Shown: positions 37,585 through 44,296 of the stretch, piece after piece
Layout of the letters: each line of letters starts with the position of its first letter
Position numbering within the stretch: the stretch's first letter is position 1
Sequence record: DRR723986_18853
Length of the DNA: 44,296 nucleotides
Direction: 5' to 3' (one strand)
Program-made: the position numbers and the translations under genes
Notes under the pieces: generated by a model
Told to the model about the DNA's origin: nothing
Databases searched by the model: none
Seen by the model: only the letters and a program-made list of their open reading frames with translations

Positions 37585-38604
37585 ATGAAAAATCTCGACT
37601 TATTCACAGAAAAAGACTTACAACATCTTTTAAAGAAACGCAAAGGAGAATCAAAATTTGGAGAACATATTCAATTATTACCTAATCTCAATAACATATA
37701 CGATGACATTGTTGGTTTGGATGTTGACTATGTTATTTTCGGGATAAAAGAAGATATTGGTGTATTTGCAAATAACGGAATATTAGGCACTTATAAGGCA
37801 TGGGATGCTACAATAAAAGTTTTGTTAAATATACAGAGTAATACGTTTACGAAGACCAAACGAGTTGCTTTACTAGGATCTTTGAACTATGAAACACTAA
37901 GAGAAGAGGTTACAAAGTTTGATTCTAATAAAAAGAAACACATATCTAAAGCCAGAGATTACGTAGAAATCATTGATAAGGATGTCGCGTTTATAATAGC
38001 TTCTATTGTTAAAGCTGGTAAAACACCTATTGTTATTGGTGGTGGTCATAATAATGCTTATGGAAATATTAAAGGAACATCTCTAGCTTTGAATTCAAAA
38101 ATCAATGTCATAAATTTTGATGCTCATAGCGATTTCAGACCAGAAGAAGGAAGACATAGTGGAAATGGATTTAGCTATGCTTTTGCTGAAGGTTTTTTAA
38201 GAAATTACCATGTATTTGGTCTTCATGAAAATTATACCTCAGACAAATTATTAAAAACTTTAAAGAAAGTTAAAAACTTTAGCCATAACACTTACGAAGC
38301 CATTGAGGTGAGACAAGAAATAGATTTCTTCACAGCATTGCAACAAGGTCTAAGCAAGGTTTCTGACAAACAATTTGGTATTGAATTAGACTGTGATGCT
38401 ATAGAAAATATTCCGAGTAGTGCTATGACTCCGAGTGGCTTTTCAGTCTCTAAAGCGAGACAGTTTGTTCATCATTGTGGAGCTCATGAAAATGCCAGTT
38501 ATCTGCATATTTGTGAAGCTGCACCAACTAAGAAGTCAGAAAAAAAGATTGGTAAGTTGATTACCTATTTAATTACAGATTTTATAAGAGCTCATGGACA
38601 TTAA
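37585..38604 (+). CDS. hutG: Formimidoylglutamase (arginase family)
   Basis: GGGHNNAYG, INFDAHSDFR, HSGNGF, ELDCD, SAMTPSG; near hutI. Confidence 0.88.
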   Translation: MKNLDLFTEKDLQHLLKKRKGESKFGEHIQLLPNLNNIYDDIVGLDVDYVIFGIKEDIGVFANNGILGTYKAWDATIKVLLNIQSNTFTKTKRVALLGSLNYETLREEVTKFDSNKKKHISKARDYVEIIDKDVAFIIASIVKAGKTPIVIGGGHNNAYGNIKGTSLALNSKINVINFDAHSDFRPEEGRHSGNGFSYAFAEGFLRNYHVFGLHENYTSDKLLKTLKKVKNFSHNTYEAIEVRQEIDFFTALQQGLSKVSDKQFGIELDCDAIENIPSSAMTPSGFSVSKARQFVHHCGAHENASYLHICEAAPTKKSEKKIGKLITYLITDFIRAHGH

Positions 38605-38930
38605 AATCACTGCTTATGATAAGGCTTACGCCAAAGATTTTTATGATTTAAACATCGAATGGCTTAAAACCTTTTTCTATGTAGAACCATTTGATGAAGA
38701 AGTATTAAGTAAACCAAATAAATAAATACATAATAGATAAAGGTGGTTTTATATTTTTTGCTAAGAAAAATAATACAGTAGTAGGTACAGTAGCACTTAT
38801 GCCAACTGAAGACCATAGAATATTAGAAAATGCAATTTACTTGTATAGAAAATATAGTTTTAAAGAATTAGAGCTAGAAAAGAACAATCCTTATGAGCGC
38901 GCAGATATCAAAATGTTGTTAGAGTTTTAA
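38594..38930 (+). pseudogene. GNAT acetyltransferase pseudogene (4-nt frameshift plus internal deletion)
   Basis: MDIKITAYDKAYAKDFYDLNIEWLKTFFYVEPFDEEVLSKPNK* (TAA 38723-38725 in an AAAT x3 run); shifted frame continues YIIDKGGFIFFAK...VGTVALM...LENAIYLYRKYSF...YERADIKMLLEF*. Confidence 0.85.
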
Positions 38931-38936
38931 CTCTAT

Positions 38937-39490
38937 TTAATCACTTGGTTGTCTGCTTTTAAAGTCTTTTTCAATTTCATAATGCAAACACTTAATGAAA
39001 TGCACATATTCCTCATTGCTGCGAATTAAGTTATTATCTAAATCTGAAAGTGATTTGTGTTGCATATTTAATCTAGGTATATAAATTTCTGCAACTTTTA
39101 AACTATTATTCTCTAATAAGCCTAAGAACTTTGATTTAGTATTTATTTGAATCCAAGGAAACGACTTTGAATAATGTTTAAGGATTTGAATTATAAAAGC
39201 TCTTGAAGGCTTGCGATAAGTACTATTCTTGTAATTTAACTTATCCGAAATTGCTTTTAGATAATGGTTCAGATCTGGGTGATTAGAAATATTTACCTCA
39301 TTAATTGTTTTATATACCAATTGAGACAACCAGTCTTTATCTAATTATAAATCTAAAACTTTAAAAATATATCCTACTTTAATCTTAGGGAACAAACCAT
39401 ATAAATAATGGGCTTTATCCTCTACTCTTACGATCTCAATCACGCCCTTATTAATAAGATTCAGAAGTGTTAATCTTATCGTGGCAATGG
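38937..39490 (-). pseudogene. 5'-truncated hypothetical gene with a premature stop
   Basis: The frame of ORF 38937-39329 continues upstream through TAA 39345-39347 as AIATIRLTLLNLINKGVIEIVRVEDKAHYLYGLFPKIKVGYIFKVLDL*LDKDWLSQ. Confidence 0.55.
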
Positions 39491-40042
39491 CAAAAAGCAC
39501 CTAATCTAGTGTTAATTACAGATATACATGGTGACCATTTAAATATTAAAACTTTAGAAAGTTTAGATCTTAATGATGCTACTGTAATTGGTCCTAAAGC
39601 TGTAACAGATAAGATACCAAGTACTGTTTGCAAAACTATTGTTACTATCAATAATGATGATAGTTATGCATATAATAACATTATTGTAAAAGCCATACCT
39701 ATGTATAATCTTAGGGAAGAAGCTTTAAAATTTCATCCTAAAGGACGCGGTAATGGTTATGTTTTAACAATTAATAATGAGCGAATATATGTATCTGGAG
39801 ATACAGAAGATATTCCAGAAATGCGTAATTTAGATAATATTGATAAAGCCTTTGTTTGCATGAACTTGCCATACACTATGCCTGTAGAGAGCGCTGCAAA
39901 TGCGGTTTTAGAATTTAAACCAAAAACTGTCTATCCATATCACTATAGAGGCACTGAAGGATTAAGTGATGTGAAATTATTTGAGAAATTAGTAGAAGAT
40001 GGAGATAAATCAATAAATATTGAACTTTTAGACTGGTATTAG
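39488..40042 (+). pseudogene. 5'-truncated metallo-beta-lactamase-fold hydrolase
   Basis: QKAPNLVLITDIHGDHL, FHPKGRGNGY, IYVSGDT, YPYHY present, but the N-terminal strands and DP motif are missing and there is no convincing start. Confidence 0.75.
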
Positions 40043-40246
40043 CAATTTTTTAAATTTTTTTTAGGTCTGTTAATAAGTTTCAAAAAGCTGTATTTAGCCG
40101 ATAAACATTGTGTTTCGTCGGATTAATAAACCCTTTAATCGATGTTTTTGATGGATTAATTATCGCAAATTATTTAAAACAAGGTATTTATCATGTGTTT
40201 TTTTCATATATTAGCACCATAGAACCCAAATCTAATACTATCAATC

Positions 40247-40471
40247 ATGTTTAACACCTTGCTTACAAAGGCTTTAGTAGTGACAACCGCACAACTTACT
40301 ATGATTCTTATAGCCGTAGCATCCATCTTTTTAGTTTTTATTGTAATTGCTGTCATTAAGATGTACAGATTAAAAGCTGAAAATAAAAAGCTGATGGAGA
40401 CCAATGCGTTTAAAGATGTCGACGAGTCTTATAAGGACTTTACTAGTGGTCATCTTTATGGTGATAACTAA
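40247..40471 (+). CDS. 74-aa single-pass membrane protein
   Basis: TM helix then KMYRLKAENKKL; C-terminal YKDFTSGHLY. Confidence 0.75.
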   Translation: MFNTLLTKALVVTTAQLTMILIAVASIFLVFIVIAVIKMYRLKAENKKLMETNAFKDVDESYKDFTSGHLYGDN

Positions 40472-40479
40472 ATCGGAAA

Positions 40480-40617
40480 ATGGAAAATTCCTCTAAGATT
40501 ATTGCCATTTTATTCATTGGCTTTATATCTATGGTCTTTTTATTAGCACTTAATCTTTATAAAGTAAGAAGGCTAAAAAAAGAAAACAAAACACTAAAGG
40601 AAAATCTTGATAAATAA
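40480..40617 (+). CDS. 45-aa single-pass membrane protein, paralog of the upstream gene (absent from ORF track)
   Basis: Manual translation MENSSKIIAILFIGFISMVFLLALNLYKVRRLKKENKTLKENLDK*; ends at the terminator. Confidence 0.7.
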   Translation: MENSSKIIAILFIGFISMVFLLALNLYKVRRLKKENKTLKENLDK

Positions 40618-40647
40618 AAAAAGCCTGCGTTAGTGCAAGCTTTTTTT
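40616..40647. terminator. Bidirectional intrinsic terminator
   Basis: AAAAAAAGCCTGC-gttagt-GCAAGCTTTTTTT (one mismatch). Confidence 0.7.
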
Positions 40648-40666
40648 AGTGTTTAATCGCTGTTAA

Positions 40667-42358
40667 TTAACGAACTAGCTTTTTATACTTAATACGCTTA
40701 GGCATAATATCTCCACCAAGGCGTTTCTTTTTGTTTTCTTCATAATCACTAAATCCACCTTCAAAGAAATAGACTTGAGAATCACCTTCAAAAGCTAATA
40801 TATGTGTACATATACGATCCAAGAACCATCTATCGTGACTGATCACAACAGCGCATCCTGCAAAATTCTCTAACCCTTCCTCTAGAGCTCTTAATGTATT
40901 GACATCAAGGTCATTAGTTGGCTCATCTAAAAGTAACACATTACCTTCTTCTTTGAGCGTCATTGCTAAATGCAAACGGTTTCTTTCACCACCTGATAAC
41001 AGTTTAACCTTTTTATTCTGCTCACTTCCTGAGAAATTGAAACGACTTAAATATGCTCTGGAATTAACTTGGCGACCACCCATCATAACCAACTCTTGTT
41101 CATCACTAAAGTTTTGCCAAATTGTTTTTTCATTATCAATATTTGAATGCTTCTGATCTACGTAAGCAATTTTTGCGGTATCGCCTACCTTAAACTCACC
41201 TTTATCTGGTGTTTCCTCTCCCATTATCATTCTAAAAATAGTCGTTTTACCAGCACCATTTGGTCCAATTACACCAACTATACCTGCTTGTGGTAAATTA
41301 AAGTTTAGATCTTCATAGAGTAATTTATCACCATAAGCTTTACTCACGCCGACTGCCTCAATTACGTTTGTACCTAAGCGAGGACCATTTGGTATATAGA
41401 TCTCTAATTTTTCATCAAGTTGTTTTTGATCTTGACTCATTAACTTGTCATAATTCTTAAGTCTTGCTTTTTGCTTTGTCTGTCTCCCTGTAGCTCCTTG
41501 CCTTACCCATTCTAACTCTCGTTCTAATGTTTTTTGACGTTTAGATGCTGATTTACTCTCTTGGGCCAAACGTTTAGATTTCTGGTCTAACCAAGATGAG
41601 TAATTTCCTTTCCATGGAATACCTTCGCCTCTATCGAGTTCTAATATCCAACCAGCAACGTTATCTAAGAAATATCTATCGTGCGTTACTGCAATAACAG
41701 TTCCTTTATATTGTGCTAAATGATATTCTAACCAATGTACTGATTCAGCATCTAAGTGGTTAGTTGGCTCATCTAATAGTAATACATCTGGTTCTTTAAG
41801 TAACAAGCGGCATAAAGCCACTCTACGTCGTTCACCACCAGAAAGTACAGCAATTTTTTTATCGCCTTCTGGTGTACGAAGTGCATCCATCGCAATTTCT
41901 AGCTTTGTATCTAGTTCCCAAGCATTAGAAGCATCAATCTGATCTTGCAATTCTGCTTGACGATTCATTAGCTTTTCCATCTTGTCAGGATTGCTATAAA
42001 CCTCTTCTAAACCAAACTGATCGTTAATGCTGTTATATTCATCTAGAATAGCCACTGTTTCAGCAACTCCTTCTTTAACAACTTCGATGACTGTCTTTTC
42101 TTCATCTAGTTTTGGTTCTTGCTCTAAATAGCCTACCGAATAATCTTGTGAGAATACGACATCTCCTTGATAGTTTTTGTCTACACCAGCAATAATCTTA
42201 AGCAAAGTTGATTTACCAGAACCATTGAGACCAAGTATTCCAATTTTAGCACCATAAAAAAAGCTGAGGTAAATGTTTTTTAAAACTGGTGTATTTGCTG
42301 ACTGAAACGTCTTAGTTACACCAGACATTGAAAAAATTATTTTCTTGTCATCACTCAT
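40667..42358 (-). CDS. ettA: Energy-dependent translational throttle protein (ABC-F)
   Basis: LKNIYLSFFYGAKIGILGLNGSGKS, two ABC domains, LERELEWVR, WILELDRG. Confidence 0.96.
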   Translation of the reverse strand: MSDDKKIIFSMSGVTKTFQSANTPVLKNIYLSFFYGAKIGILGLNGSGKSTLLKIIAGVDKNYQGDVVFSQDYSVGYLEQEPKLDEEKTVIEVVKEGVAETVAILDEYNSINDQFGLEEVYSNPDKMEKLMNRQAELQDQIDASNAWELDTKLEIAMDALRTPEGDKKIAVLSGGERRRVALCRLLLKEPDVLLLDEPTNHLDAESVHWLEYHLAQYKGTVIAVTHDRYFLDNVAGWILELDRGEGIPWKGNYSSWLDQKSKRLAQESKSASKRQKTLERELEWVRQGATGRQTKQKARLKNYDKLMSQDQKQLDEKLEIYIPNGPRLGTNVIEAVGVSKAYGDKLLYEDLNFNLPQAGIVGVIGPNGAGKTTIFRMIMGEETPDKGEFKVGDTAKIAYVDQKHSNIDNEKTIWQNFSDEQELVMMGGRQVNSRAYLSRFNFSGSEQNKKVKLLSGGERNRLHLAMTLKEEGNVLLLDEPTNDLDVNTLRALEEGLENFAGCAVVISHDRWFLDRICTHILAFEGDSQVYFFEGGFSDYEENKKKRLGGDIMPKRIKYKKLVR

Positions 42359-42360
42359 AA

Positions 42361-42543
42361 TTAAACTCGTCCTTTTAATGCGTTAAATACCCATGCAATA
42401 GCAAAAAAGCCAATTCCGACAGTTGCAAATCCCCAACCAGCTACCTCATCATATCTGTATGCTCCCATAAGTATGAGGACAACACCCATAATGATCATTA
42501 ATACCGTAGCCCATGCCAGAACTGTGTTTTTATTCATCGCCAT
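42361..42543 (-). CDS. Conserved 60-aa two-TM membrane protein upstream of ettA
   Basis: Two hydrophobic helices; ends 2 nt before the ettA start. Confidence 0.75.
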   Translation of the reverse strand: MAMNKNTVLAWATVLMIIMGVVLILMGAYRYDEVAGWGFATVGIGFFAIAWVFNALKGRV

Positions 42544-42593
42544 AATTGTAATTCTTAATTAGTTAGTTGAAACACAAATATCGTTAAATAAAT

Positions 42594-42624
42594 AAAAAAA
42601 GCATCTTAAATTAAGATGCTTTTT
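42594..42624 (-). terminator. Intrinsic terminator after the pirin genes
   Basis: AAAAGCATCTTAA-a-TTAAGATGCTTTT with an A7 flank (U-run on the minus strand). Confidence 0.8.
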
Positions 42625-42648
42625 CGCTATTATCAATTATAATATAAC

Positions 42649-43365
42649 CTATTTCATTGGCACTTCTATTATAATTAAGTCTGATTGTTGATTTGAACTT
42701 ATTGTAACTTTGTTGGCATCAGTAATCCCAATAGCATCTCTTTTATTTAAAGTGTTGTCAGCCACTTTAATAGTTCCATCAACAATAAAAACATAAATGC
42801 CATTTTCTGGTGATTTTAATTGTATATCAATGGTTTTACCCTCATCCAAAGAAGCTCTATATATATAAGCTTGCTGGCTGATTGGTAATGCATTGCCTTC
42901 TAATTTATCTTTAGGCGTTACTATAGTTTGCAATTGATTATGTCGCTCTTGCTCTGAAAATTTACGTTGCTCATAGTTTGGCTCTACACTCATTTCTTCT
43001 GGAATAATCCATAATTGAAGAAAGTTAACTTCGTCAGTTTTACTATCATTAAATTCTGAATGTGTAAGACCAGTTCCAGCGCTCATTACCTGCACTTCGC
43101 CTACTTCAATCGCTCTTTTATTACCCATACTGTCCTTATGAGATAGTGTGCCTTTTAATGGAATAGAAATGATTTCCATATTTTGATGCGGATGAGTCCC
43201 AAATCCCATTTTTGGCTGTACAACATCATCATTTAAAACGCGTAGCATTCCAAAATTCATGCGCTCTGAATTTTGATAACCAGCAAAACTAAACGTATGA
43301 TTTGATTTTAACCATCCGTGATCTGCATAGCCACGAGTCTCTGATCTGTGAATTATAGTTTTCAT
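42649..43365 (-). CDS. Pirin family protein (YhhW-like)
   Basis: RGYADHGWL, LRVLNDD, FGTHPHQNMEI, MSAGTGLTHSE. Confidence 0.93.
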   Translation of the reverse strand: MKTIIHRSETRGYADHGWLKSNHTFSFAGYQNSERMNFGMLRVLNDDVVQPKMGFGTHPHQNMEIISIPLKGTLSHKDSMGNKRAIEVGEVQVMSAGTGLTHSEFNDSKTDEVNFLQLWIIPEEMSVEPNYEQRKFSEQERHNQLQTIVTPKDKLEGNALPISQQAYIYRASLDEGKTIDIQLKSPENGIYVFIVDGTIKVADNTLNKRDAIGITDANKVTISSNQQSDLIIIEVPMK

Positions 43366-43379
43366 TGTATTTTATTTAA

Positions 43380-44255
43380 TTATTTATTAACTGGAAGAAA
43401 TCCCATTTTACCCATTTGGTAATCTCTCATCGCTTCCAAAATTTCTGTTTGATTGTTCATTACATGAGGGCCATAAGTTGCAACTTCCTCTTCAATAGGT
43501 TCTCCTGATAGAAATAGTATTAAACTGTCAGATTCTGCTTCGAGTGTAAATCCTTCACCATCTTGATTAAACTGAACTAATTGATTTTTGTCCAGTTCTA
43601 AGGTGGTTTCTCCATTTACTTTTACTTTCCCTTTAAGCAAATACAACATACCTTGTTGAGTTTTTGAATATGAAATAGTCTCATTTCCTCCTGTTTGTGC
43701 AGCTATCATAAATGCATTTACCGGTGTCTGAGTAGAGATTCTACCATATTTTCCGTTAAGGTTTCCTGTAACTATTCTAGTTTCAACTTTTTCATCTAAA
43801 GAAGTCATAACTCTAAAATCTTCAAACTTTGTATGCTGATAGTTAGGCTGCATCATCTTTTTCTCAGCCGGAAGATTTAACCATAACTGTATACCTTCAA
43901 TCACACCGCCTTTTTTTACAAAATCTTTGGTTGGTCCTTCTGCATGCACAATACCTCTACCTGCTGTGGTCCATTGCACATCACCAGCCTTTACAACACT
44001 TTCATTACCTAAAGAATCGCGATGCAATTGTTCGCCTTGAACAAGAAAAGTAACAGGCTCAAATCCTCTATGAGGATGAGGACCTAAATCAAAAGGATTG
44101 CTTCTTTCATTAATTTCATAAGGACCATAATGGTGCAATAATATAAATGGATCTATAATATCTATACCTTGTGTTGGCAATGGTTGACGCAAACGTATTG
44201 GTCCCATATTAACAAAGTCACTTCTCCCTACTCTTTTTATTGTATTTGTTTTCAT
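43380..44255 (-). CDS. Pirin family protein (long type)
   Basis: DPFILLHH, HPHRGFE, WTTAGRGIVHAE, QLWLNLP; probable start MKTN at 44255. Confidence 0.93.
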   Translation of the reverse strand: MKTNTIKRVGRSDFVNMGPIRLRQPLPTQGIDIIDPFILLHHYGPYEINERSNPFDLGPHPHRGFEPVTFLVQGEQLHRDSLGNESVVKAGDVQWTTAGRGIVHAEGPTKDFVKKGGVIEGIQLWLNLPAEKKMMQPNYQHTKFEDFRVMTSLDEKVETRIVTGNLNGKYGRISTQTPVNAFMIAAQTGGNETISYSKTQQGMLYLLKGKVKVNGETTLELDKNQLVQFNQDGEGFTLEAESDSLILFLSGEPIEEEVATYGPHVMNNQTEILEAMRDYQMGKMGFLPVNK

Positions 44256-44296
44256 TTTATATTCTTTATAAAAAATATTTTCCATGGAAAATATTT

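Noticed and set aside
245-41156. Short overlapping ORFs from the track (e.g. 245-433, 4148-4348, 9095-9292, 10118-10327, 10697-10894, 13267-13512, 13976-14377, 15153-15365, 18566-18751, 20221-20409, 25821-26030, 25975-26175, 27477-27707, 29334-29567, 31399-31647, 32327-32590, 33795-33989, 36891-37205, 39451-39651, 40204-40404, 40899-41156)
   Set aside because: They lie antisense or out of frame within well-supported genes and have no recognisable motifs; treated as shadow ORFs.

Overview
AT-rich chromosomal window from a Flavobacteriaceae member (Bacteroidota; gene content and TAnnTTTG promoters look Winogradskyella-like, which is inference). It is mostly core genome: aroB (5'-truncated), DinB, AsnC/Lrp, M14 peptidase, XRE regulator, TerC, parE/parC, ychF, ferredoxin, LuxC-like acyl-CoA reductase, serC/serA, lolD-like ATPase, fumC, hutI/hutG, ettA and two pirins. 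No rRNA, tRNA, CRISPR array, transposase or integrase was seen. Most interesting: (1) a 113-aa His/Cys-rich exported leader protein ending in the ribosome-arrest motif RGPP, with a hairpin over its stop codon, directly upstream of a TonB-dependent transporter and a lipoprotein. This is a candidate metal-sensing arrest-peptide regulatory system with CruR/DUF2946-like logic but a His-rich sensor. (2) Two orphan genes, each followed by a related attC-like palindrome (one complete, one half), a candidate integrase-less cassette array. (3) Small proteins missing from the ORF track, including a tandem paralogous pair. (4) A TTACA-NN-TGTAA operator array next to the XRE gene. (5) An O-acetylation module (esterase + MBOAT + SGNH-like protein). 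(6) A DUF5916-like gene that apparently needs a non-canonical start codon. (7) Several decayed genes with readable lesions. All family assignments come from motif recognition by eye; no searches were run.
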